The notes under the pieces: model-generated
The model's input: only the letters and a program-made list of their open reading frames with translations
What the model was told of the DNA's origin: nothing
Databases searched by the model: none
Virus record (IMG/VR): IMGVR_UViG_3300029705_005139
Reading direction: 5' to 3' (one strand)
From: an uncultured virus (IMG/VR IMGVR_UViG_3300029705_005139)
Taxonomy: Duplodnaviria > Heunggongvirae > Uroviricota > Caudoviricetes
DNA: 64,000 nucleotides
Shown here: positions 9,462-18,964 of the stretch, one piece after another
How positions within the stretch are numbered: position 1 is the first letter of the stretch
How the letters are laid out: the number at the start of each line of letters is the position of its first letter
Program-made: the position numbers and the translations under genes

Positions 9462-10272
9462 AGTAACCACCATTTCCTGATCGTGTCATCATGCCTATAT
9501 ATGCCTTTCCGGGCGATACCGCTTCGTTACTTTCCTCCCCCAGGGGAACATCTGCGTAGGTTTTTCCTGCACATGCTTCTAAGTATTCAAACATATTCAC
9601 TTGCTGTGAAGCTACATAGTCCGTATAAGAACGTCCGATGCGTCCCTTATACTTATCAGGATAATAACTAACCTGTTTCTTTTTGGTTTCGCCGGTATTG
9701 GGGTCCACAAATTCTTCCGGTTTTCCAGAGAACATAATTGCCTCTGTGAGATCAAAACGGAGAATCAAGCCACGCTCGGAATTTACGATCCTACCCAGGA
9801 CTTTATACCGGCACCGTTTGTCCCATCCCATAAGATTGTACAGCTTATCGCAAACCTCAATAGAGCCAATTTCCTTTGATACCCATTTATTATCTTTTCT
9901 TTGCTGTCTTGCCCATTCAACAGAATCACTTTCTTCTTCATTGCAGCATACTACCAGCAACCGTTTCTTTTCGCTGTTAATTGGTGTAAGAATAAATTTG
10001 ACACCCTCAAACAAACGGATACAGGCCATGTTAAACTGGAATTTTCCGTACTTGATACTTACAGCCGGCTTATTGAGCATAGAGAACTGGGTCCGCGGAG
10101 GGATTTCATATCCTTCAAAATCCTCATATTCCAGTTCGCTGTTTTGCTCCAGCCTGGCTTTTACCAACTCGCGGATAAGTTCTGCTTCTCTTGCAGAGTA
10201 ACCTTCGCCTTTGCCTTCTTCGGGGGATTCAGGCGTAACGGTTCCCTTTTGTAAGTGTTTTCCCATTTCCAT
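9454..10272 (-). CDS. LSR-associated accessory protein 1
   Basis: RBS GGAGGTG; FEGYEIP...KPAVSI...FNMACIRLF resembles the LSR C-terminal domain. Confidence 0.8.
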   Translation of the reverse strand: MEMGKHLQKGTVTPESPEEGKGEGYSAREAELIRELVKARLEQNSELEYEDFEGYEIPPRTQFSMLNKPAVSIKYGKFQFNMACIRLFEGVKFILTPINSEKKRLLVVCCNEEESDSVEWARQQRKDNKWVSKEIGSIEVCDKLYNLMGWDKRCRYKVLGRIVNSERGLILRFDLTEAIMFSGKPEEFVDPNTGETKKKQVSYYPDKYKGRIGRSYTDYVASQQVNMFEYLEACAGKTYADVPLGEESNEAVSPGKAYIGMMTRSGNGGYYE

Positions 10273-10290
10273 CGAATGCACCTCCGTTAA

Positions 10291-12225
10291 TCACATACAC
10301 ATCAGCAGATTATCAAGTTCATCTGCTATTTCTTCTCTTGTTGGGATCTTTCCAATCAAAGGATTGTCCACAATTCTCATCGGTTGGCGAATATCTTCTG
10401 CGGTTATACTGTCAATTGCACGATCTCTCCGCTTTTTCAATGCATAACTGATGCCAAATCGCTGAGAGTGCCACTTTCTCACCTGTGCTGCAAAGGAATC
10501 GTCATCCATCTCAGTCTGAATCTTATGTTGGATGTATTGTACCGGGGCACCATCATCCGGAATTCTCAGTTTTTCTTTTGCCGCCTTATCAACCAACACT
10601 TGCGGCTCGTCCAAAGATACAATCATAATCTTTGAGCCGTTGCGATCCTTTGTAATGCAGCGGAATCGAAACGACAATTCAGGCTTCCATGACATATTTT
10701 CATATATTGCCTGAGTAAACGCCCGGGATGTAAACTGCGACACAGGGATGCCATCATTCTTTATCCATCTAACGGCATTCGGTTCCCCTTCTTCACTTGG
10801 GCGGACAATAATCGTTTTTAGTACAGGATGATAAAGAAGCTCTATGTACTCGCATTGATCCAATCGTTTATGGCACTCCCTGCTGAATTTGATATTCCTG
10901 GGCGTAATTGTCATTGAAGGGGTTCCGCGATTCAGATAGTAGACCCCTAGCGGGACTTCATACCCAGTAAAATTCATTGACAGCACATTGCAGTGCTCTT
11001 CTCCAGCCAATATCCGTGCCTCACGCTCGATGGTATGAAGTTCGTCCTCGTTATAAACACTCCGGCTGATTTTATGGAATGTATCATTATCAACACCATT
11101 CCAGCCCAAAGAAATGCTTACATAGCCCTTAAACGCTCCCTCTGTAATCACGCCCAAATCGCTGACACCCGACTGTTGGTTATTGCTCACAGCCACCAAA
11201 CGTACTGCTTTTGCGATATCCCGAGTGACAATTCCAGTGTGATAATCCGGGACAAATGCCCAGTCGCGTTCACCATTGTTTTTTCTGGTCTTACCTTTTT
11301 TATAGTTAATTACAATCGTCTTTCGTGCTTCCAAATCGCCCCAACGTCGTTCATTAAGCATAATGCTCCGTACCATCTGGGGTGTCCAATCTGTTCTACC
11401 CTTAAGTGTAGGGCGCTCCATATTGGTTAGAAATTCAGCAATTTCTGCATAGGTATATCCCAACACATAGGCATAGAAAATGAATTTTACCGTCTTCGCT
11501 TCATCCTCCTGGATGATAAGATCCCCGTCTATGGTATGTCGATAGCCAAGCAAGTCTGAAACAGGATACTGACCAGTGATAATGCGCTGATCATAGGATA
11601 GAATCATACGGCGGCTTTTGTTGGCCGATTCCCAGTCTGCCAACATTGCATAGATTTCCAATTGCTGATCACTTTGAGGGTCCAGCGTATAGATATTTTC
11701 TGTTTCAAAATAAACACCTACCGGATGAGAAGGCGAAGCTGTACGCAATTCGTCTATATATTCCAAGCACTCTTTTAAATTACGGGAGAATCGGGAAATA
11801 CTGGCACACAGAATCAGATCCATATCCTTGGCTTTAGCATCCGCAATCATTTGTTGAAATGCTTTACGTTTTCTTACAGATGTTCCGGAGAAACCTTCGT
11901 CACTATAGATATGGCCCATGGTCCATTTCTCTTCATCTTCAATCCGCTTTGTATAATACTTCCGCTGATTTTCGATAGAGGATGTCTGATTCTGGCTTTT
12001 GGTGCTGACGCGGGCATATACAGATACCCTTTTGGGTTGTCCATCATCAACAGAGGGCGGTTCCTTTGCCTTATGGAAAATAGCATTGGGATGCGCCTGT
12101 GATCGGCGAACTCGCTCACGGACACTTTCCTTATATTCAAATCGATCCGCATCCTGTGGTCTCCAGGGACGCTCCGCCGCAGCCGCAGCGCTGGGTACCA
12201 TTATTGCTTTCGTTTCATTCTCCAT
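10291..12225 (-). CDS. Large serine recombinase with C-terminal extension
   Basis: YARVST catalytic motif, YSDEGFSGT, SISRFSRN, VYFETENIYT, recombinase domain LGYR; ~290-aa extra C-terminus. Confidence 0.93.
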   Translation of the reverse strand: MENETKAIMVPSAAAAAERPWRPQDADRFEYKESVRERVRRSQAHPNAIFHKAKEPPSVDDGQPKRVSVYARVSTKSQNQTSSIENQRKYYTKRIEDEEKWTMGHIYSDEGFSGTSVRKRKAFQQMIADAKAKDMDLILCASISRFSRNLKECLEYIDELRTASPSHPVGVYFETENIYTLDPQSDQQLEIYAMLADWESANKSRRMILSYDQRIITGQYPVSDLLGYRHTIDGDLIIQEDEAKTVKFIFYAYVLGYTYAEIAEFLTNMERPTLKGRTDWTPQMVRSIMLNERRWGDLEARKTIVINYKKGKTRKNNGERDWAFVPDYHTGIVTRDIAKAVRLVAVSNNQQSGVSDLGVITEGAFKGYVSISLGWNGVDNDTFHKISRSVYNEDELHTIEREARILAGEEHCNVLSMNFTGYEVPLGVYYLNRGTPSMTITPRNIKFSRECHKRLDQCEYIELLYHPVLKTIIVRPSEEGEPNAVRWIKNDGIPVSQFTSRAFTQAIYENMSWKPELSFRFRCITKDRNGSKIMIVSLDEPQVLVDKAAKEKLRIPDDGAPVQYIQHKIQTEMDDDSFAAQVRKWHSQRFGISYALKKRRDRAIDSITAEDIRQPMRIVDNPLIGKIPTREEIADELDNLLMCM

Positions 12226-12244
12226 CGCTTATCACCCTTGTGGA

Positions 12245-12736
12245 CTAATCCAGCCCCATCTTTTTCATGCTGAGTAGCAGCTGTTCCAACCAGTTTGCAT
12301 ACTCTGACTGCGTCATAGATACAAACTTATTCACCATCCCGGACAAAGCACCCCGCTGATCGTCATCATTGGTAATCGTATCAATGCTATATTTTTCTTC
12401 CTCTGTAATCAAATCAATCGGCGGTTCCAAATCAAAAAGGAACTTTACCAGGTAACAGAAATCCGCCGGATTTGCCGCCAGATATGCTTTGGTTTGGGTC
12501 GCGATAACATCTATCCGCCCCGCCATACAGTCGTGCAGTAAACGAACCATTTCCGGCCTGTTGGGAATCTCCTTTTGTCCCGTAATATCGACATAGACAT
12601 CAGCCAGCTCGAACCGATCATCATCCTTGAATTTTTCACCATAATAACGATACTGGTTTGCCACTGCCGCGTCTCTGCGACGCTCCCACAGCTTTGCCAG
12701 TTTCACATATCCGGCTACCTGTATTTTGTTATTCAT
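12245..12736 (-). CDS. Resolvase N-terminal-like protein lacking the catalytic serine
   Basis: VAGYVKLA replaces YxRVS; keeps VYVD..G...RPEMVRLLHDCMAGRIDVI. Confidence 0.75.
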   Translation of the reverse strand: MNNKIQVAGYVKLAKLWERRRDAAVANQYRYYGEKFKDDDRFELADVYVDITGQKEIPNRPEMVRLLHDCMAGRIDVIATQTKAYLAANPADFCYLVKFLFDLEPPIDLITEEEKYSIDTITNDDDQRGALSGMVNKFVSMTQSEYANWLEQLLLSMKKMGLD

Positions 12737-12746
12737 AGCTTTACCA

Positions 12747-13754
12747 TCATTTCATTTTCTTCCATTCCCGGTCAAACAATGCCGCTACATCTTCCGGCAA
12801 ATGCCAGTACCATACATCCTGCTGTTTATAAGATGTAATGCACAGTTCCTTCTTCGCGGTATAGATCGTTCGCTTGGACATTCCTCTTCTCAGCAATTCT
12901 TCAATAATGTCAGAACTTGGCAGGTCTCCCCGCAGCAACAGCTGAGAAACCAATTTACAGGCCATGTCCTTTTTACTTTCCACTTCCGAAAAGCTGCCTT
13001 GCGGTTCCGGTTCACTGTAACTGCAGGGACCGATAAAGCGAAACCCGTGTTCTCTGCTAAACGAAAAAGAGATCGCATCACCTTCCGGAGCAAGGCTTGA
13101 TTTTACCGGAAACATATACCGAATTTCCGGACAACTTTCATCCCTGGCAATCATCAGTACACTACGTGCAATAGCAGCGATATCTATGCTACCAAGTCCC
13201 CGGTACAAATTTTTTCCGCCTGCCGCTTTATTCATGTGTCCAATCAGCACAACGGCACAGTTGTTTTTTGCTGCAATGCCTGCAAGTTTCCCCAGTACCA
13301 TACGCATCCGTCCAGCAGAATGCATATCACCATCCTGCACCAGGAAAGACTGTAATGGGTCCAGAATCAGAAGTCTTGCGCCCGTCTCACGGATGGTGTC
13401 TTCTATCCGGGTATCATCAAGCGTAAGTTCTCCGGTATCATCAATTATGTACGCAACGCGATCACAATCAGCACCGGCAGCCAACAACCTTGGTTTTGTT
13501 GTATCCGCCATGCCATCTTCCGCGCACTGATATACAACCGTACATGGGGCATCTATTTTGTACCCATCCGGCATGTCCAATCCCCGGGTAAGCCGGGCAA
13601 CGATATTCAGCATAAATGTGGACTTTCCTTCACCGGGATCACCTTGCAGCAGAGTTAATTTCCCGCAGGGAATATATGGATACCATAACCATTTCACTGG
13701 CTGTTCCTGCACTTGCGAAACATATTCATATATTCCCCGATTGATATTGCTCAT
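12747..13754 (-). CDS. AAA_25/RepA-like ATPase-helicase
   Basis: VKWLWYPYIP, Walker A GDPGEGKS, Walker B LLILDPL, HMNK, GS..I...ARS. Confidence 0.88.
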   Translation of the reverse strand: MSNINRGIYEYVSQVQEQPVKWLWYPYIPCGKLTLLQGDPGEGKSTFMLNIVARLTRGLDMPDGYKIDAPCTVVYQCAEDGMADTTKPRLLAAGADCDRVAYIIDDTGELTLDDTRIEDTIRETGARLLILDPLQSFLVQDGDMHSAGRMRMVLGKLAGIAAKNNCAVVLIGHMNKAAGGKNLYRGLGSIDIAAIARSVLMIARDESCPEIRYMFPVKSSLAPEGDAISFSFSREHGFRFIGPCSYSEPEPQGSFSEVESKKDMACKLVSQLLLRGDLPSSDIIEELLRRGMSKRTIYTAKKELCITSYKQQDVWYWHLPEDVAALFDREWKKMK

Positions 13755-13777
13755 GTGGATTCCCCCGAGAATAACGC

Positions 13778-13969
13778 TTACCTCATCTGATTGGATAACA
13801 TCTTTAATGTTTGCTGAATTTTCATCCGTGCCTGGTCCGTGCTTTTCCTCCCACGCAGTACCTGACTCATGTATGACTCCGAGTAACCACATAATCTAGC
13901 AAACTCTTTCTGTGAGATCCCAAGAATCCGTAATGTGGCTATGACTTCAACGGCCCATTGCTCAATCAT
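13778..13969 (-). CDS. Cro-like HTH protein
   Basis: GISQKEFARLCGYSESYMSQVLRG. Confidence 0.8.
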   Translation of the reverse strand: MIEQWAVEVIATLRILGISQKEFARLCGYSESYMSQVLRGRKSTDQARMKIQQTLKMLSNQMR

Positions 13970-14224
13970 AATCAGATCTCCCACTTTTTCAAAATAATCA
14001 CATTTAATTCTGTGTTTTTAGTTGAATTTCTTTAACTTGCGTGATATTATTATTTTGTATAAATATCGCAAAAATAGGCAAAAGCATACCTATATTCGAA
14101 AAAACTGCTTTCAAAAAGTTAAATTTTCTGAACTCTTTGCTTTATTATAGTTTCTATTATCGAACTTGTCAAGAGTCGTGAGTTAGTTTTTTTGAACTTT
14201 TAGTCGCAGTGGAAAGGATTTCTC

Positions 14225-14608
14225 ATGAGTTTTTACGAACGCTACGCTCAGTGCTGCCAACAGAAAGGGATTTCTCCTGTCAGTCAGTTCGCCGCGGATG
14301 CCATCGGCTGCACCAAATCCACCATTTCTACCTTTGCAAAAACCGGAGCAACTCCCAGAGGTGAAATTGTTGCCGGTGCCGCAAAAATGCTTGATGTGTC
14401 CGCCGACTACCTCCTGGGCCTGTGTGAAGACCCTCATCCAATCAGCCTAAAGCTGGAATTGACCCAATCAGAGAAAACTGCCCTACTCCTTCTCAACAAT
14501 TTAAACGATGCCGGCTTCAACGCCGCCCTGGCTGTGTTGGCAGGTTTGGAAGCCCAAGAAATATATAAAAAGGACGCTGCGGCTTCTCGCCTGCAGAAAA
14601 ACGCATAG
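14225..14608 (+). CDS. XRE-family repressor
   Basis: MSFYERY..CC..KGISP...A..IG...AAKMLDVSADYLLG. Confidence 0.85.
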   Translation: MSFYERYAQCCQQKGISPVSQFAADAIGCTKSTISTFAKTGATPRGEIVAGAAKMLDVSADYLLGLCEDPHPISLKLELTQSEKTALLLLNNLNDAGFNAALAVLAGLEAQEIYKKDAAASRLQKNA

Positions 14609-14633
14609 CGACCGATAACTGAATAAATCTAAA

Positions 14634-14679
14634 AAAGCAAGGTTGCAAACGCACTTCCACTCGTTTGCAACCTTGCTTT
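14634..14679. terminator. Long inverted repeat (terminator or recombinase site)
   Basis: AAAGCAAGGTTGCAAACG / CGTTTGCAACCTTGCTTT. Confidence 0.6.
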
Positions 14680-14840
14680 CATTTCTTCTGGATTATTCGG
14701 TTTTTTAACTGTTTCAGCAAGAAATCGCAAATATTATGTCTATGATTTTTAGTTTCTAAGATTGCAATCCGTTTTTCCCATTTTGCAATGTTCATCTTGC
14801 AACCTTCCATTTCCCGGTTCTTTCACAAAAAATTTTCCTA

Positions 14841-14881
14841 AGACCGTCACGTTTGGCGTTTTTCGTGGCCTACCTGTGAAG
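14841..14881 (+). promoter_or_regulatory. Conserved 41-bp motif, copy 1 (candidate phage-sigma promoter)
   Basis: AGACCGTCACGTTTGGCGTTTTTCGTGGCCTACCTGTGAAG; 34/41 identical to 58553-58513 on the minus strand. Confidence 0.65.
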
Positions 14882-14905
14882 AACAATCATGAAGGAGGTC
14901 ATAAC

Positions 14906-15292
14906 ATGACGGAACGGGAAATCGTCAGGATCACACAACTCCAGAAACAGGGCCTGGGTTACCGGAGGATCGCTTCTGAACTGAGACTTTCCCCAAATAC
15001 GGTAAAATCCTACTGCAAGCGACACCCGGTTGCGGTTGAAACTTATGATAAGAGTCTTTGCAAAAACTGTATGACACCCTTGGTAAAACACAAACAGACA
15101 AAACAGTTTTGTTCGGATCAGTGCAGAACCTCCTGGTGGAACCGCCACCGGGCACTCATGAAAAAGAAAACCTACCACAAGCTCGTTTGCGAAACCTGTA
15201 GCAAACCTTTTAGTGTCTACGGCAAACCCCGACAGCGATTCTGTTCCAGAGAGTGTTTTTACCGCCATCGCAGAAAGGCGGAAGCAGAATGA
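14906..15292 (+). CDS. HTH plus zinc-finger protein of the recombinase module
   Basis: RBS AAGGAGG; GLGYRRIASEL.LSPNTVKSYCKR, CKNC..FCSDQCR..WW, CETC..FCSREC. Confidence 0.85.
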   Translation: MTEREIVRITQLQKQGLGYRRIASELRLSPNTVKSYCKRHPVAVETYDKSLCKNCMTPLVKHKQTKQFCSDQCRTSWWNRHRALMKKKTYHKLVCETCSKPFSVYGKPRQRFCSRECFYRHRRKAEAE

Positions 15293-15504
15293 ATGATGCC
15301 GTTATCGCTTACCGCAGTGCCATGGCAGTTGCCCTGGGATTGCTTGATAAGAGTCTGATTACCCAGGAAGAATACTGTGAAATCAGCAGCATCATAGCCA
15401 ACAAGTACAACTTAGATTTGTGTACTATTTCTTGTCAAAATCCCTTGATATTACCCACTTTTAGAGCGAATATAGCACAAACAACTCAAAAGGTGGTGGA
15501 ATAA
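15289..15504 (+). CDS. SHOCT-like small protein
   Basis: LLDKSLITQEEY..I..II..KY; ATGA overlap with the upstream gene. Confidence 0.75.
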   Translation: MNDAVIAYRSAMAVALGLLDKSLITQEEYCEISSIIANKYNLDLCTISCQNPLILPTFRANIAQTTQKVVE

Positions 15505-16824
15505 TTGGCAAGAAACATTCAAAAAATCAGTCCTGCAAATGCACTGACACCTACCCTTTCAAAGGTAGCTGCCTACGCAAGAGTGTCCTCCGGAAAGGAT
15601 GCGATGCTTCACTCCCTTTCTGCGCAGATCAGCTATTACAATGACTACATCCAAAGTCAGCCCGGATGGATATTCGCTGGAATTTATGCGGACGAGGCAT
15701 TAACCGGAACCAAAGACAACCGTGCTGAGTTCCATCGACTTCTGGACGACTGCAGGAAGGGCAATGTAAACAAAATACTGACCAAGAGCATTTCACGGTT
15801 TGCCCGCAACACCGTTACCCTGCTTGAAACTGTACGGGAATTAAAAGCTTTGGGAGTCGATGTTTACTTCGAAGAACAGAACATCCACAGCATGAGTTCC
15901 GATGGTGAGCTAATGCTTACGATTCTGGCATCCTATGCCCAGGAAGAAAGTCGGTCAGCCAGCGAAAATCAAAAATGGCGCGTTAAAAGGAATTTTGAAG
16001 AAGGAATGCCCTGGAAGGGAGCTATGTTGGGCTACCGTTATGACCGGGGGAAATACAATGTCATTCCGGAAGAAGCAAAAATCGTTCAGGATATTTACCG
16101 TTTTTATCTTGATGGCTGCGGTGTTCCCCTTATCATCCGCAGGCTAAAGGAACAGGGAGCTACAACCGAAATGGGTAATACCTGGAGTCGGAGTAGCATC
16201 ACCAAAATTCTAAGAAATTACACCTACACCGGCAACCTTCTTTTACAGCGCTTTTATCGGGAAAATCACTTATCTAAGCGGACATTGATTAACCATGGAG
16301 AATTGCCCCAATACCATGCTGAAGGCACCCACGAAGCCATTATCGACATGGATACCTTTCTTTCCGCCCAGGAGGAAATTCTGCACAGAGCAGAAAAATA
16401 CTGTGGCAACACCACCGCAGGGACATATCCTTTTACCGGTAAACTGATTTGTGCTGGTTGCGGCAAACACTATCGAAGGAAAACACGCAAGAATGGTGTC
16501 TTTTGGATCTGTTCAACCTACAACGCCTTAGGAAAAGCGCACTGCGATTCAAAGCAAATTCCGGAATCCACGCTTTATGAGTTGTGTGCTGATGTTCTTG
16601 GTACCGATAATTTTGATGTACAAATCTTCTCCGAAGAACTTCAGGCACTTAAAATTCATAACGGCAACCGTATCCAGTTTTGTTTCCGGGACGGGAGTGA
16701 GGCCGACCGGATTTGGTCAGACCGGTCCAGATCAGAAAGCTGGACTCCAGAAATGCGGACCGCCGCAGGTACCAAAACGAGAAAAAGACACCAGGAGGCA
16801 AAACAATGGCAAGAAAGAATGTAA
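15505..16824 (+). CDS. Large serine recombinase 1
   Basis: AAYARVSS, KSISRFARNT, recombinase domain, zinc ribbon CAGCG..WIC..C; TTG start. Confidence 0.95.
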   Translation: MARNIQKISPANALTPTLSKVAAYARVSSGKDAMLHSLSAQISYYNDYIQSQPGWIFAGIYADEALTGTKDNRAEFHRLLDDCRKGNVNKILTKSISRFARNTVTLLETVRELKALGVDVYFEEQNIHSMSSDGELMLTILASYAQEESRSASENQKWRVKRNFEEGMPWKGAMLGYRYDRGKYNVIPEEAKIVQDIYRFYLDGCGVPLIIRRLKEQGATTEMGNTWSRSSITKILRNYTYTGNLLLQRFYRENHLSKRTLINHGELPQYHAEGTHEAIIDMDTFLSAQEEILHRAEKYCGNTTAGTYPFTGKLICAGCGKHYRRKTRKNGVFWICSTYNALGKAHCDSKQIPESTLYELCADVLGTDNFDVQIFSEELQALKIHNGNRIQFCFRDGSEADRIWSDRSRSESWTPEMRTAAGTKTRKRHQEAKQWQERM

Positions 16825-18383
16825 CGGTTATCCCGGCAACACTAAATCTTCACACGCGGGCACCCAAAAACGCATCTGTCAAAAGACGGGTTGCCGGTTA
16901 TGCCCGTGTCTCCACGGACAGCGAAGAGCAGTTGACCAGTTATGAGGCTCAGGTAGATTACTACACCAAGTACATCCAAGGCAGATCTGATTGGCAGTTT
17001 GTGGGAGTCTACACAGACGAAGGCATTTCCGCAGTTATGACCAAACACCGGGACGGATTCAACAAAATGATTGAGGATGCTTTGTCCGGAAAGATTGATT
17101 TGATTGTAACTAAGAGCGTATCCCGATTTGCGAGAAATACGGTGGACAGCCTCATAACGGTTCGCAAATTGAAGGAAAAAGGTGTAGAGGTCTACTTCGA
17201 GAAAGAGAACATCTACACACTAGACAGCAAAGGAGAGCTTCTGATCACCATCATGTCCAGCCTGGCCCAGGAGGAAAGCCGATCCATTTCCGAGAACGTC
17301 ACCTGGGGTCGCCGAAAACAATTTGCTGATGGAAAAGTGAGCCTACCCTACGGCCGGTTTTTGGGTTACGAAAAAGGTCCGGATGGTCTCCCAAAAATCA
17401 TCCCGGAACAGGCAAAAATTGTAGTATACATTTATGATCTCTTCATGATGGGACTTACTCCCGGAGCCATTGCCAGAAGACTTACTGCAGAAGGTATCCC
17501 TACACCCGGTGGGAAAACAAACTGGGCGGATTCTACCGTTAAAAGTATTCTCACCAACGAGAAATACAAGGGTGACGCACTTTTACAAAAAGAGTTCACC
17601 GTTGACTTCTTACAGAAAAAGATGAAACAAAACGAAGGCGAAATCGCCCAATACTATGTCGAGGACAGCCACCCCGCCATTATCAGCAAAGAACTCTTCG
17701 ACCGGGTCCAAGCAGAATTCCAACGACGCAAAAACCTGGGACTCAGCAATAGCTGCACCAGCATTTTTTCGGCACGTATTATCTGTAGCGACTGCGGTGG
17801 TTTCTACGGCATGAAAGTATGGAACTCCAACAACAAATACCGGCGCGTTATCTGGCAATGCAACCATAAATACCGAGGAACAAAATGTACCACACCACAT
17901 CTGAGCGAAGAAGAAATCTATTCCCGTTTTCTCACCGCGTTCAATTCCCTTTTGGCTAACAAAGAGGCTCTTATCGACGACTGCCGTCTGATGTACGATT
18001 ATCTAACCGACACCGAGGAATTGGACAGACAGATTATTTCATTGCAAAACGAATTGGAAGTCATTGTAAATATGACCAGGAGGTATGTCGCCGAGAATGC
18101 CACCAAAGTCCAGAGTCAAACTGACTACGGTACCCGTTACAAGGATCTAACCGACCGGTATGAAAAATTGATTGCACAATTACAAGAAACCGAGCAGACA
18201 CGGCAATCCAGGCTTACCCGAAGTGAAGACCTCAGTTCCTACATCAAAACCATTGAAAACCGCGCCGGAGAACTTACTGAATTCGATCCCCGACTCTGGC
18301 TCGAGGTCATTGATACGGCCACTGTCCATCATAATGGGAGCATTACATTCCGCTTTGCGGACGGAAGAGAACTAACGGTATAA
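16806..18383 (+). CDS. Large serine recombinase 2
   Basis: GYARVSTDSEEQ, KSVSRFARNT, NEKYKG, CSDCG..WQC..C, coiled coil. Confidence 0.95.
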   Translation: MARKNVTVIPATLNLHTRAPKNASVKRRVAGYARVSTDSEEQLTSYEAQVDYYTKYIQGRSDWQFVGVYTDEGISAVMTKHRDGFNKMIEDALSGKIDLIVTKSVSRFARNTVDSLITVRKLKEKGVEVYFEKENIYTLDSKGELLITIMSSLAQEESRSISENVTWGRRKQFADGKVSLPYGRFLGYEKGPDGLPKIIPEQAKIVVYIYDLFMMGLTPGAIARRLTAEGIPTPGGKTNWADSTVKSILTNEKYKGDALLQKEFTVDFLQKKMKQNEGEIAQYYVEDSHPAIISKELFDRVQAEFQRRKNLGLSNSCTSIFSARIICSDCGGFYGMKVWNSNNKYRRVIWQCNHKYRGTKCTTPHLSEEEIYSRFLTAFNSLLANKEALIDDCRLMYDYLTDTEELDRQIISLQNELEVIVNMTRRYVAENATKVQSQTDYGTRYKDLTDRYEKLIAQLQETEQTRQSRLTRSEDLSSYIKTIENRAGELTEFDPRLWLEVIDTATVHHNGSITFRFADGRELTV

Positions 18384-18507
18384 ATATAGCACTATAATTA
18401 TAGTTCCGCAAGAACTAGCGACTCGTTTCCCTAGCTTCTGTTTCCAAGTCCAGTTCCCCGATATAATTACTTTGGAACGATTATTTAGTTCTGAAAGGAG
18501 GGGTTGG

Positions 18508-18822
18508 ATGGATCTGCGTGCAATTGGTGCCAGAATTAAGGCAGCCAGAGAAAAAGCCGGTATGACCCAGGAGGATCTTGCTGCCGCTCTGGAAATGAGC
18601 CCCACCCATATCAGCGTTATCGAGCGCGGTGTCAAATGTCCGAAGCTGGACACCTTCGTTAACATCGCCAATACTCTCAGGGTGTCTTCTGATGCACTCC
18701 TTCAGGATGTAGTCGTACACTCTACAGATGGTATTGCATCTGAGCTTTCTCAGACTATTTCTCAAATGCCAAAAAGAGATCAGGAACGGATGCTCAACGC
18801 CATTCGTGCCTTAACCGAATAA
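18508..18822 (+). CDS. XRE-family regulator
   Basis: RBS AAGGAGG; IGARIKAARE..GMTQEDLA......ISVIERG. Confidence 0.9.
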   Translation: MDLRAIGARIKAAREKAGMTQEDLAAALEMSPTHISVIERGVKCPKLDTFVNIANTLRVSSDALLQDVVVHSTDGIASELSQTISQMPKRDQERMLNAIRALTE

Positions 18823-18824
18823 TT

Positions 18825-18851
18825 GAGAGCTGGAAACAGCTCTCTTTTTTT
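18825..18851 (+). terminator. Intrinsic terminator
   Basis: GAGAGCTG-GAAA-CAGCTCTC followed by a T run. Confidence 0.85.
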
Positions 18852-18900
18852 GTTCTTGCCAGATTTCGATGAGTTTCGACATTATCACCCCGTTATACTA

Positions 18901-18934
18901 ATTCTATTAGAACTAGTTTTCGTTCTAATAGAAT
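18901..18934. promoter_or_regulatory. Perfect 13-bp palindromic operator candidate
   Basis: ATTCTATTAGAAC-N8-GTTCTAATAGAAT upstream of the 18965 gene. Confidence 0.55.
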
Positions 18935-18964
18935 CATAGTTGCAATCACATCAACAGAAAAGGA

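Larger units (their letters stand above)
7576..14608. mobile_element. Serine-recombinase integrative element (helicase + dead resolvase + LSR + accessory genes)
   Basis: Divergent HTH pair controlling a leftward AAA-resolvase-LSR-accessory operon; boundaries inferred. Confidence 0.65.
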
